DNA of 64,000 nucleotides. Source: Chrysomallon squamiferum. Taxonomy: Eukaryota; Animalia; Mollusca. Numbering within the stretch: the first letter of the stretch is position 1; each line of letters starts with the position of its first letter. Below the pieces are notes generated by a model, which worked only from the letters and a program-made list of their open reading frames with translations, was not told where the DNA came from and ran no database searches. The stretch lies in assembly GCA_012295275.1 (NCBI GenBank), contig CM022667.1:17298001-17362000 (forward strand), read 5' to 3'. The translations under genes were made by a program, and so were the position numbers. This document shows positions 45,135 through 58,960 of this stretch, piece after piece.

Positions 45135-46520
45135 CGTCGTAGTGTGGATGAGAAGAGTAAAGAAAATTGAAATCAAAGAATTAATTCTAATCCAGTACCA
45201 CTTACAACTGTTCAGCTATTCTTGTATATGGCTTCTCTGAAAGTACCTGACAAAATCGCGGGCAGAATAGTCCAAAAGGTTCAGCTCGAAGATGCATTCA
45301 CATTCTAAATGCTCTGACAGGTGTCTTCGCAAAAATTATTTCAATAAACTACAAACACGTTTTCCTATTTTGAATTATTATTATTTTCTTCTTTTCAGTT
45401 CAAACTGTATTTTTTAAAATTGTTTAACAATTATTTCTAATTTGTTTGTTCTTTCTTTTTCCTTCGAACAAGATTCTTGAATTTTCCTTTTTTACTACAT
45501 CAGTTCGTTTGAAACTGTCTGGCAGAAAATGCAGTCTTCGTAGAAGTTTGTCAGATTTTTTAAACACCACAGAGATTTGCCAAATGTTTTATACCACCGT
45601 CTTTCGCGTAGAAAAAATACGCTGTCACACAAGTTAACTCAATACAGGATGATCAAAAAGTATTGTCTGTTTTAAAAATATGTACACTTTTCTTAATCAC
45701 CAGACCGCTTATATTCCAAATTAAAAAATAATGTTCTTGTACGAATTTCCTAAAATACCCTTTTTAGACACGAACGTTAAACGTTTAGATGTGAAACCTT
45801 GTAACACATACGTCTCCAGTCTATTCGTGCTGTCAAAAGAGTTCTGGCACAGTTTTCCTGAAATTAGTTTAGAGTAAATCTTGACACCATGCGCCTTTAT
45901 GAAAATGTTTGTCAGTAGTTGTATACACCCTAGGCCTACTGATTTGTAATGCTATCAAAGCCGTTCACTTCTTATACGCATCACTTCACAAGAATGAAAC
46001 CACAGGCCGACCCCCCTCCGAGACCAACGCTGTTCTTTCGTTCTGTTGCAGGAAGAGGCGTGGTTACTGGATGTCAATCAAAGAACAGGGACAAGAAGAA
46101 AGAAAAAAAATGAAAGAACCGTTCTGTTTATCGTCTTCTATTTTTTCTTGTCTTCATCAGAAACCGAAAAAAATTAAAATAATAATAACAAAAATTACAA
46201 GGAAAAAATGAAAATGTTATTCTTTCTACAGGAAGATCTTCATATATACCTAAAATTATATCTCAGAAGATTTTTGTCAGGGATTTTCTTTCTATTTCGC
46301 CAATTTTTCACGGCGGGGTGTGGTGCCGAGCAGTCACTGGCGTCGCTGAAGTCCTGGGATTCCCCACAACGACGGCTCCTGGTCGAAGCACCTCCCACAA
46401 GGCTCGCGCGTTGTCAGGGGTAACCGGAGATAACGCCCTTCACAGACTGTCCACCGTGTTTGTTTTTGTAGAGAAATATTCTTCATATCTCGCTCATTTG
46501 CGCATCCAGAACCAATTGTC
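45135..46520 (-). promoter_or_regulatory. Putative FoxF 5' UTR and promoter region
   Basis: Unique sequence immediately upstream of the ATG. TATA-like TATAAAA at 45593-45587, and TATAAG at 45976-45971 followed by TCAGT at 45942-45938. CpG-rich block at about 46310-46460. The TSS cannot be fixed from sequence. Confidence 0.45.
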
Positions 46521-46590
46521 TTTCTAGGAATATTTTAACAGATCCGTTTCCAGTGTTTTAACTGTGATAATGTACCACAGAGTGTATGTA

Positions 46591-46639
<49 letters not shown>

Positions 46640-46865
46640 TACTACTATTAAAAGTAAAAATGGAAAGAAACACGGAAAGAAAATCCTTAGAAATTAAATT
46701 GGTGGTGAGTTACTGAAAATAGGCAATATTATATAAATGTTTAGTCTATTTCTTTTAAATTATTATTTACTATTATTATTTTTTATTTACTGACATGGAA
46801 AATGTAATTAATTATCTTAATCATCATCATCATCATCATCATTATTATTATTAATTTTATTATTA

Positions 46866-46941
<76 letters not shown>

Positions 46942-47142
46942 GCTTTTAATTTTTTAAATTATTAATATTTTTTTATCTTATTTTACTTACTTTCTTGCTT
47001 ACTTACTTCCTTATTTATTTATTTATTTATTATTAGTTTCGGAGACTCTTCAGTTTCATGTTATAAAGAAATTTGCGGTTCTATACAGAATTAATTCATT
47101 ATATCATAAATTAATTTAAGGAAACATAATAAAATGATTATA

Positions 47143-47724
47143 CAGGGTGTCCCAAAAGTAACCGAACCGCAAACTTAAATAAAATTAGATATTAAAAACA
47201 ACATATTTAATCTGTATATCTAGTATTTACAAAATGTCTACCTTGTACTTCAATACAATCATGACACATGTTGACAACACTACGACATACGTTTTGGCAA
47301 GTTTCCACTGAAATTTGGTTCCATTCGTGCTGAATACTTTGTTTCAGTTGATCAATGGTCCTAGATTTATTAGCATAAACTGCGTTTTTTAGAACCACCC
47401 ATAGAAAGAAATCAGGTGGTGTCAGATCCGGGGATCTTGCAGGCCATTCGTTTAAATCTAAAGTTGTTCGCTGCATTTTTAAGAGTGAGGGTACCATTTC
47501 AAGTCAAACCATGGAGAGTCCAGTAGCGCGCGCTAAAACAAAGTCTCGATCACCAAGAACACTACAATCAGGTAACAAAAATCAATCCAAAGACTACTGC
47601 TGACAGAAGTAAATGAATAGTACAAACGATAACATAAAATGGCATAAAAGATGGAATTAAATTTGTTATTTTTAATATCTAATTTTATTTAAGTTTGCGG
47701 TTCGGTTACTTTTGGGACACCCTG
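47143..47724 (-). mobile_element. Internally deleted non-autonomous Tc1/mariner-superfamily DNA transposon (maT/rosa-like DDxD type)
   Basis: 69-bp terminal inverted repeats starting CAGGGTGTCCCAAAAGTAACCGAACCGC (47143-47211 and 47656-47724, 2 mismatches), flanked by TA at 47141-47142 and 47725-47726. Contains a transposase C-terminal fragment. Confidence 0.93.
47207..47497 (-). pseudogene. Truncated Tc1/mariner transposase (C-terminal fragment only)
   Basis: WPARSPDLTPPDFFLWVVLKNAVY...IDQLKQSI...CIEVQGRHF matches the WPxxSPDLxPxD motif around the third catalytic Asp and the typical C-terminus. The HTH domain and first two Asp residues are absent. Confidence 0.9.
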
Positions 47725-47884
47725 TATTAAGAATAGCGGTATTAATAGTAAAGTAATAACAAGTTTAACAAAACTAATAAATAAATAAAAAAAAATATTT
47801 TCGAAACATAAAGATAATAATAAAACAAAACTTTAAAAACAAACACAATATCTCCAGTCACTTGATAAAAATCGCCTTCTTTTT

Positions 47885-47916
<32 letters not shown>

Positions 47917-48036
47917 TCTATTTACTTACTTTCTTGTTGTTCTTTCTTTCCCCGTTTTCAGAAACTTTGTTACTAATACTTATAAAAGCATTATTTTAAA
48001 CAAACAACTACAACAATAAAATAAAAATAATAGTAG

Positions 48037-48087
<51 letters not shown>

Positions 48088-48684
48088 GATTATTATTATT
48101 ATTATTATTATTCATCATCATCATTATCAAAGCAATAGAAACAACGATACTTAGAAATATTTAATAAAAAAAAATTAAAGAATAAAAATAGCCATGATTT
48201 AGAACAGAAAAAGCAATTAAGAATATTATTTTTTAGAAGCCGACTCATTTTGGTAAGTATGTTTGCTTAATTCTACATTCTAGTAGAGGGATCTCTCTCT
48301 CTCTCTCACACGCACACACACACGCGCACACACTCACACGCGCACACACACACGCACATACACACGCGCACACACACACATACGCAAACACACACACACA
48401 CACAAAAACACGCACACACTCATATGTGTGTGTATGTATGTTTGCAGGAATAAAAGTGCGAGTGCGAAAATGTTATTTTTATTTATATATTTATTTATTT
48501 ATTTATAATATATACTTTACCAAATTATAATAAATTTATAGATAAAGTTTTCTACACTAATTTTCTTTTAACAAAATAATTTTAATAATTTAATACACAA
48601 AAATATTTTTGTATATGTAATTATAAGTACGTGGAAGAAACACACATTTTTTTGGATTTAGCTGATTTATCGTATTTTAATTAT

Positions 48685-48938
<254 letters not shown>

Positions 48939-49260
48939 ATTCTGTATCGAAGTCAGACATTTAAGGCAGGATTTGTTACGACAAATAAAAACCAACCGTA
49001 AATGGGAGAAGGGTTGAAGCAGAACAAAACAAAAGTTTAATTGAATAGCAGATATATGCTCTCTCTCTCTCTCTCTCAATTTTAAAGTAACATTATTACA
49101 TGGTTTAATTGAAATACACGACTGTTATTACAAATTATTGTCACGATCTTGTTATAATAATTGCCAGATCATGAAAGTAATCAACTAATTAAATTAATTC
49201 ATTACTGCGACTTACTAGCAGCTGAAAGGATACAATTATGGGAACGAGATAACATGGTAT

Positions 49261-49344
<84 letters not shown>

Positions 49345-49963
49345 GAGTGTGTTTGTGTGTATGTGTGTCTATATATCATAAACACTATTTAATTAAAATT
49401 TCTGTTTTATCAGTTTAAAAAGCAAATGATTATTTTGCCAGCAGTTGCGCGTTCTGACGTCTGATGTATGAGTTAGAATGTGAATACATGTAAACCAGTT
49501 TGCATTTACTTAATTAGTATTACAGTTTCTTTCTTTCACCAGCCCCACAAACACGTGTAAATCCTGAAACATTTATAAAAATTAAAAAACAACACCAAAA
49601 TAACTGAAATAAAAAGAAATATATTTTTTAAATTTTCAAACACGGACCTAGAAGAAGTGAACCTACTCACCCTCCTATACCTATTTTTGTCAAATATTTC
49701 TTTTCGTTTTCTTTAATCTGGAATCCACAACGATAGCATCCAGTTTTTAAGTAATTTTGGACCCGCCCTGCATTTGAAGGTAATTTTCCGGCGGTGCCTG
49801 GCAGCTACTTTCTAGGTATAGTTATTTCTGTTAAGACTTTTAATGGTTTAAGCAAACTGTGGTTATGGATTTTAGATTCCCAAATTTCATAGATGCAAAG
49901 ACGTAATAGTGTTTTGTTCTTATCGATTGTTGATTTGTTTTTTATTTAAAAATACTTTTTGCG

Positions 49964-50003
<40 letters not shown>

Positions 50004-50086
50004 CGTACTTATTTTCTTACTTAATATTACTTTTACAACATTATAATTATAAGTATTATTATTATTGCACAACCACACAATTCACA

Positions 50087-50170
<84 letters not shown>

Positions 50171-50308
50171 TTAAAAAATGATCATATAAATATTAAAATA
50201 TGAAGAAATATATAAAATGGTATTTTTTATTTTTATTATGATTAATTTTCTTATTTTTGTTTTTTCATTAGGCTGAGATATCTTGGGGATATGTTTATGT
50301 GTGTGTGT

Positions 50309-50357
<49 letters not shown>

Positions 50358-50526
50358 TGTGTGTGTTCAGTTTTTAATGTATACCATCACCTAAAGCAAA
50401 TATAAAAATTGTTCAAATAGAGAGAGTAATTATAAACGAACTGAATGAATTAGGGAAAATAATTTCATACATTTTTTATGATGTTAGTATGAACAGCACC
50501 AACAACAACAACAGTAACAATAACTT

Positions 50527-50629
<103 letters not shown>

Positions 50630-52282
50630 AACATAACTGCAAAATGAGCAGAAATTAAATAAATGAATAAATAAATAAATTGTAATTTAAACTGGATAGC
50701 TGCTGGGCACACAAATCAGTGCTGTCGGCTGATTACAAACTTAGTGTCTTTGAGAAAGAAAGTAGTTATGACGGCAAGCAGATTTGTGCAGTTCTGATAT
50801 AGAACAAACATCAGCAAATGAACCTACTGAATTTTTGTTCATCTTTAGTCATGTCTTTTGAATACTTAATAAAAGTATCCACCTATAAGAACTGATCTCA
50901 CATACTTCCAGTCGACTGATCCATTCACACTGCATGCGCAGCGCTAAACCTCTGTACTCCAGATTTCTTTCTGTTGTGTTTCCCAGACACATGAGTAATC
51001 TGTTGTGTACAATTACTTCCTCATTAATAAGTACAAGCTATCGCTGTCCCAACTGCGGTGCGCGCCTTGAGCGGGAGGCGAGTACGCCATATGTACTTCC
51101 TCATGTAGCCCGGCCGGCCGAGCCCGGAAATAGACGGAGGAAATATGTTCTCCATGCTTAATGATTGACAACAGCTATTTGTTGAACTTCTGATATTTTT
51201 TCACGTGGGTCAAAGTCGGATAAAGTTTCACTTTGTTGGCAATAAAACAATAGCTTGTTTTATTTTTAATATTTTTTATTTTACAAAGTATTGGTCTAGC
51301 GATTCGGAGACGTGTGATGGTTGGTCAGCCCCGAAGTAACAAGAGGAACAAAGTTTTAGTGTTGTTTTTTTTACCCTACAGGACCATGCTGACCACAAAG
51401 AAGAATTTTAAATATATAAGAAAACAAATAAAAGCATTCGTTATAATAAAGCAATATGTGAACTGGAATAAAATAAGATTTATAAGAAAAAAGTATATAA
51501 GAAAGAAACATTTGAAGTAATTAAGAAATAACTGCAGAAAGAAGGAACGAAGAAAAAGTGTGGAAATACGAATGACTGAAGGGTTAAAAAAATTAAGAAA
51601 AAGAAATAAAGAATGAAAACGGTTGAATGAAGTTGGAATATAAATTTACCACAGCATATCCATGTAAATTAATCTTGTGAAATGATTATGAAGGAACAAA
51701 ACGTGAAAACTTTACCAGCTGATGCGTTCGTTTAGTTGTTATCTAACTGAAATGCAACTTACAAACTGCTAAATAATTACTTCAGAGAATTTAATGTTTA
51801 AAAAAAATATATAGAAAACTAAAAATGACAAGACAGAAATGACAAACACATTATTAGATGCATCTTTTCATTCATCCATCTATCCATATATACTTACACA
51901 CTTACAGTAATACGTATATACATTCATATATACATTACATTAAAACGCGCACGCGCACACGCAGACAAACACACACACAGACGCAAAACCATTTACCGGA
52001 AGATGCCTATTATCGTGATATCATGATTTCGTTTTTGTAGATTCACTTCACGTCTAAATGTCAAGGGTACACACTAAAACTCAGATTTGTGATAACAGCC
52101 GGGACTGAGACGTTCACGTCGACAACCTGCGGAGAAACACGACGTCAGACTGGTGCAGACGAAACGTTGACAGACTACAGGACTGACTTTTGTGGTTTGA
52201 TCTCAGTGGGTGTGATATATATCCTTTTATTTTTCTTTGCGGATCTTCACGTTATCTGGCGAGACCACATGAAATGTAACTA

Positions 52283-52283
<1 letters not shown>

Positions 52284-52350
<67 letters not shown>

Positions 52351-52420
52351 CCTCTCTCCCCCTCCCCCTCTCCCTAGACAAAAACAGACAAACACATAAG
52401 CTGACACACATACACATACA

Positions 52421-52500
<80 letters not shown>
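52284..52500. repeat. (CT)n and (CA)n microsatellites
   Basis: Direct reading. Confidence 0.95.
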
Positions 52501-52501
<1 letters not shown>

Positions 52502-53531
52502 TTCCACACACATGCTAACACTTTGTAACTTCGCAAAGCCACTTAAAGTCATAGTGAGGTGGAGTTGGTCACATTTTAAAACGAGCTTCAGCCAATCCAA
52601 CAATCTTTTTTTTTTTTTTTTTTTTTTCTTTTTTTTTTTCTGTTTTTTTTTTTTTTTTTTTTTTTCTGCCTCGTAAAAGGTTATCTCAACCAACTGCGCA
52701 TGGTGTCTCAGAAGTATTGTTCCGAGTAATTTCCCCTGCCACAAACGTAGCACGCTGTGACGTGTACAGTCCACTGACTGCGCGCGCCACCCAGTCAGCG
52801 CCGCCTGGTGCTGACAGTTCGGCTCGCACGTGAAAAAACAGTCCCGTTTCGCGTCACAGACCAACCCATTTGTTAAATAAACAAATACACAGATACGTAG
52901 TTATAATAATAATAATAACAATAATAACAATAACAAAAACAACAATAGCAGTAATAATAAGAAAAAAAACTGGTGATGACACGATGATTAATAATATAAA
53001 GGACTATCTTCATAATCATTATCATTTTATCACCATCATTATCATCATCATCATCATTATTATTGTTGTTGTTGTTATTAGAAATATGACTTTTAGAAAA
53101 TTTAAAAAAAAAAAAAAAAAAGGATCCCAAAAACCAGCATCTGTGTGAATTAATCAATATTTACTTTGAACGTCAAAAATAAAAAAAATTATCAGTCTAA
53201 CTGCACATGACGTCTGCATGTCGATAAATGAATTTAACCCCAAAACTTCTTTTTTCGATTAGCTTGTTTATTTAAGATTAAGTTTTTATCAAAGATATTA
53301 AATAAGTAAATAAATAAATAAATAAATAAACATTTTTAAATTATTTATTTGCATGATATAGATTTTGAACAGTTCCTTCTTCAGTTTTTCTTTCTTCTTT
53401 CTTTCTTTTTCCTATCTTCTTGCGCTTGTTCCTTTGCTTTTTTTAAATAGTCATTTCCTTTATGTTTATATTTATGTATGAATGTGTTTGTCTCATATGT
53501 GTTTATGTTAGTGTGTGTGTATTTGTGTGGA

Positions 53532-53644
<113 letters not shown>

Positions 53645-53953
53645 GTTTAACAAAATGGACCAGTACACATATAATGTGAAGCATTTCTTCACGGTTGATT
53701 GATTCGGATAAACAAAATATGCTGACGAAAAATAAAATGCTCGTAAAGATTCCAGAAAAAAAAATTGTCTAGCAATAAAAATTAATGCTTGTTGACTAAA
53801 GTAGTTTAGAAATTGAAGAAAAACTTTATGAAGAAGAAAAAGAAAAAGAACGAAACGCAGAAAGAATTAAAACAGGAAGAAAAAAACTAAGAACACTTCG
53901 AAAATAAGAATTCAGTTAGTAATTAAAAAATATACGCCATAACTTTTTCTGCA

Positions 53954-54200
53954 TTATAGAATGCTGTTTGGATAATACATTACTTACAGAACGCTAAGTA
54001 ATACGTCCTTTTTTTAAATGCTAAGTAATACGCAGCTTATAGAATGCTGTTTACGTCATACATAACTTATAGAATGCTTTCTGCATAAAACATAACTTAT
54101 AGAATGCTTAATAATATATAATGCTGTTTATGTAATATTTAATTCATGGAATGCGGAGTAACGTGTAACTTATAAAATGCTGTCTGCTAAATTCATAACT
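53954..54200. repeat. Degenerate ~25-30-bp minisatellite
   Basis: Recurrent core (TAAC)TTATAGAATGCT followed by related GTTTA..TAATACA spacers, about 8 decayed copies. Confidence 0.75.
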
Positions 54201-54291
54201 TGCTGGGCAGATATGGTAATGTACTCTTTTTTCTGATATTCTGCTTGTTTCAATGTGAAATACATTTATGGAATGCTTTCAGAGCAGTAAT

Positions 54292-54470
54292 ACAACACAC
54301 TGATGTACGTTACTTCTAAGTACACCTAACTGAACAACACACTGATGTACGTTACTTCTAAGTACACGTAACTGAACAACACACTGATGTACATTACTTC
54401 TAAGGACACGTAACTGAACAACACACTGATGTACGTTACTTCTAAGGACACGTAACTGAACAACACACTG
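54292..54470. repeat. 42-bp minisatellite, about 4.2 near-identical copies
   Basis: Unit CAACACACTGATGTACGTTACTTCTAAG(T/G)ACACGTAACTGAA repeated head to tail. Confidence 0.95.
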
Positions 54471-54584
54471 CACGAGGCGATGTCCGCCTAGCATACAGAG
54501 TACTGCGAGACACAGCTTGTCATTAAATAGTAGCACAGAATACTGTTCGTGCTGGATACTTCTGGAAAACATCACATCATCATC

Positions 54585-54669
<85 letters not shown>

Positions 54670-55496
54670 ATCTATCTATCTCTCAAACACACACGCACAC
54701 GCACACAATCACACACACGCTATATTTCACTTTCTCAAAAGAAATTAGAAAAAGTCTTTTACACACACATTAACAATAATTGCATTAATACATTGATAAT
54801 ATTATTTACCACGGTAATTTAAAGTGAAAGTTAACGCTAACGAAATCTGGGATTTAATTGAAATATTTTCATAACGAAGAAAAATAAATATTCTTTCTCC
54901 GTCAGTAAACCTAGAGTAATGACTTTACTAATCAAAAACTTAACTATTCCTGCCGTACTTCTTTCTTACTCTTTTTTTATTTTTTTTATTTTTTTTATTT
55001 TTTTTTTTTTTTTTTTATTACATCCTCTTCAAAGTAATTTTACAACCGTTTAGCAGACATTGAAGAAATCTCCTACACTGCTAATTACACATGTAAACTG
55101 TGTTTTAAAACGCGTTCCATCGCGCAGGCCAAAACCAGCACGTGTTTCATGATGAACGTGGTCCGCTCCGTTTCCCGTGAACGGCCGCAATATTTCACCG
55201 ATCGGAGAACTACCAGATGCGGTCTGATGATGGCGCCAAATCGTCCTAGTCGACTTTTTTCTCCTATTTCATCGGGTCTGGGTGATCACCTACACAAGAG
55301 TCTTACACTTAGAGGCAAATGAAGATACACCTGAGCACCGCGGCTTGCAGCGCGGGCCACACGCAAACTCAAACAACATGTTCTTGTCCTGGCCATCCTC
55401 AAAAACACTTGAAGAAAAATAATTCATCAGTGTCCTAGCTGACTGCAGTTTTATTAGTATGTGTATTTGATGCTGTTGTCGTTGTTTTTGTTTTCT

Positions 55497-55536
<40 letters not shown>

Positions 55537-55649
55537 TATTTATTTATTTATTGCTGAAAATTTTACTCTGTTTCTATATTTTGGTGTTTTTAGAATTGTT
55601 CACCTTATATATATATACATACATACATACATACATACACATACATACA

Positions 55650-55681
<32 letters not shown>

Positions 55682-58464
55682 CATACTTTTTATTGCTGTT
55701 TTGAATTATTTATTATTTTAAAATATTGTTGTTCTTATTTCATTTTTCGTTAGATGTCACTTTACGTTTTAATCAGTGTTTCTACTTATCAGCTATTTAA
55801 ATTTATTTTTTAATAGTTTTTAATTGTTAATATCTTTTTTCTGCTACTGCTGCTGTTACTGCTTTCACTTTATTACAGCTACTGCTGTTATTATTACTGT
55901 AATGTTTGTTGTTTTTAATGTTTTTTTTATTACTTTTGTCGTAGTTGTTATAATTATTGTTCTTGTTGTTAACTTTGTTGTTGTTGTTAACTTTGTTGTT
56001 GTTATAAATATGTCTGGATTTTGGTCATATATTACAACAGTCAATGGATCGGTATTGTTCAATTATTATTCATTCATTAATTCATTTATTCAAATTTCGA
56101 ATCAAAGACTGACTTAAACACTCAGTATTGAACATCCATTCATTCCTTCTTCTAACCATCCACCCATTCTTTCGTTCGTTCATTCGTTAACAGAAATCTG
56201 ACCACGGCTGTCTAAATGTTTTACAAAGGTATCCACAAATTTGGAACCAAAGACTATCACAATCAGTGTGTATTAAACTTCTATTTAATCGCCTATCCTT
56301 CCATCCATCCATTCGTTCGTTCATTCATTAATAGGAAGCCGATTAGTGCAGTGGTGGCATGTGAGTGATTTACAAACATATCCATTATAAGGTCAACGAA
56401 AATTGTCATCGCTTCGTTATTTGCTGCTGCGGTTTCACCTCCTTATCGAAAAAGGTGTGTTTCAGACAGATTATAAATTCAGCCAACACTGCCAGAGCTT
56501 GATTTCCAAGTGGCAAGACGAAGACGTCGTTGCTGTGGCAGAATAATAAATGTGTACGGGCCAGTCAGAGACGTTAACGAGATGATTAGAGAGAAGAAGA
56601 AGAAAAAAACAGAATAGAAAAAAAAAAGGAATTATATTTATAGAATATAATTTTATGATCACGCACATTTTTTTGTAAGTTCACATTTTTGGTTGATATT
56701 TTTACTTGTAAAGGGCAGATTGATGGTGTTGGTTGACTGCCAGTTCAGTGGTTGTTTCTACAGATTATGTTCGGTAGATGCTCGGATCGTATTCCGATAC
56801 TGGCTCATGAAGTATATGATTATTTTACCCATATCTTCTACGAAATTTCAAGGTCTTTCAAAGAGCTGGAGAGACAGAAAATAGGGAGCAGATGGGAAAA
56901 AAGGACTCGACAGAGACAGTTTGCGAGAAGACGTAAGAACTCGAGGAAAGGAATAATTAACTGAATGTGAGATAGAAAATAAAAATTTACAAAAACAACA
57001 ACAAAAAAACCGAAAGTAAATAATAAAACAAAAAATAGGTTGAATGAAATAAACAAATGAAACAACAATAAACTGAATGAAAGAAGAAAAGAATGGTAGG
57101 AAAGAATGAAAATACAAATAAAAGATATTAGGGTAGAAATAGATAAAAAATTAAAAAAAAGTAAAAAGAATCGCAAAGTTGAATGGAAATACGGATGGAT
57201 GAAAAGCAGAAAGAAAAAAGATGAAAAATCGGCAAACAGACTATCGAAAGAAAGTAAGAAAAACTGAACTAAAAGGATTGTTTTCGTATTGTTATTTTAA
57301 ATTAATGACTACTAAATATCATCATCAGGTTTTTCAAAAACAGGAAAAATTAGAAAAAGTAGATAAATAAATAAAATTTGTAATTTAAGTTCTTCTTATG
57401 TATGTTTTAAATGATAATTCAATCTGTCCACTAAAAATGAATCGTAAGGTATCAAAATGAAAGAATAATTTATAAATCAAGGAAGGTAACATCAATAATA
57501 ATCTTCTTAAAGAACGAAAGAACGAACAAAATGATGAATGACTGAATGAACTTATGAATGAAAAAGTGAATAACGAAACAAAGAAAGAGAGAGAAATAAA
57601 ATATGAGAACACTAACAGAAATGGGTGTAAAGACAGAGAGAAAGAGATAATATTTAAATGAAAGAAAAAACCGAAATAAATTAGATAAGAATGAAAAAGT
57701 ATATATAAAAAAATGGAGATAAGAAATGTGTTAAAATTAAGAAGATGATTTCAAACTGTTAAACAGTGATTATCACTGCTGGATAAACAGATAACTGCGA
57801 TCAGTTTAGTTGTGTCGTTTATAACGTTTTCGTGTCACGTTAATCTAGTTGTGTATTTTAAACGTTCATGCTTATTAACTTAGTACAGAGTTCATACATA
57901 CATATCTATATATCCATTACACTTATTTATTTATTTATTTATAACAACAACAACAACAAAAATAATAAAAATAATTATAATAATAATAACAACATCAACA
58001 ACAATTATAATTATAATGATTATGATACAATATAATTACTGCAGGAATTCATGACCAACCGTGAAAACGCTAATAAATTGAAAACTTGTAAAAGCCCAAG
58101 GAAGACAACTGCACCTGAAATACTGTTAAATTAATTATCTTTTAACTAAAATGCTACTAAACTTCTGTAAAACTAAACAAAAAATCCGCTGATTTTCGCG
58201 ACAAGACGAATCCAGCTGACATTGTTCTGACATCACTTTTTTCCTTTCACCTGGAATCGGTAAGTAAACTTAGTAAGAGTAACAGGTTGTTTTTTTTGTT
58301 GTTGTTTTTGTCTGTTTGTTTGTTTTTGTTTTTTGTTTTTTGTTTTTGTTTTTTGTTTTTCTTTCAGTAATTTACTGATTGATTTATTTTAATAATTTTT
58401 TTTTTTTTTTTTTTTCATTATTATTACTTTTTTATTAGTAGTATTTATTTTCTTTTAAGGTTAT

Positions 58465-58499
<35 letters not shown>

Positions 58500-58586
58500 T
58501 GCTATTTTTTATTACTATTTTTTATTTTAATCTTTTATTATTATTTTTTTTTTTTTTTTTTTTTTTTTTAGTTGCTGCTTTTTTTC

Positions 58587-58618
<32 letters not shown>

Positions 58619-58682
58619 CTTATGTCATATTACCATCATCTGTACCATTATTAATGATGTAAAAGTAAATTTTAATATATAA

Positions 58683-58960
58683 AGGGTTACGATTAAGATT
58701 ATGATTTGACAAGGGTGAGCATTAAAAAGAGTAAATTAGGTTACAGGGTTAGGATCCGAATTAAGATTAAAGGTTCGGATATGTTATGTTTACGCTAAAA
58801 TTCTACGTATAAAGATTAGGGCGAATGTTAGGGTTAAGGTTGGAGTTAAGGTTATATATATTGTTTGTAATTTATCAACAGTTAGGGTTATTCGGATAGT
58901 TTGATTCAGCGTTAGGGTTAAAGCTAAATGTATTGATAAAGATTCAGGTTAAGTTTGAGC
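58683..58960 (+). repeat. Degenerate TTAGGG/GGTTA(A/G) telomere-like tract
   Basis: Four exact TTAGGG (near 58816, 58828, 58882, 58912) among many GGTTA/GATTA variants with ~6-bp periodicity. Confidence 0.55.

Noticed and set aside
45643-45665. TACAGGATGATCAAAAAGT (and CAGGGTGTCC at ~19888) resemble mariner TIR starts
   Set aside because: No partner inverted repeat or transposase remnant was found.
53954-54470. CRISPR-like appearance of repeated cores
   Set aside because: Units are head-to-tail with no unique spacers, there are no cas genes, and the context is eukaryotic.
55232-55246. GGCGCC-N5-GTCC resembling a BMP/Smad response element
   Set aside because: It mismatches the GTCT half and occurs once, which is insufficient support.
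56337-56365. tRNA/SINE A-box-like GCCGATTAGTGCAGTGG (similar weak cases near 10283 and 51292)
   Set aside because: No B-box or cloverleaf structure follows.
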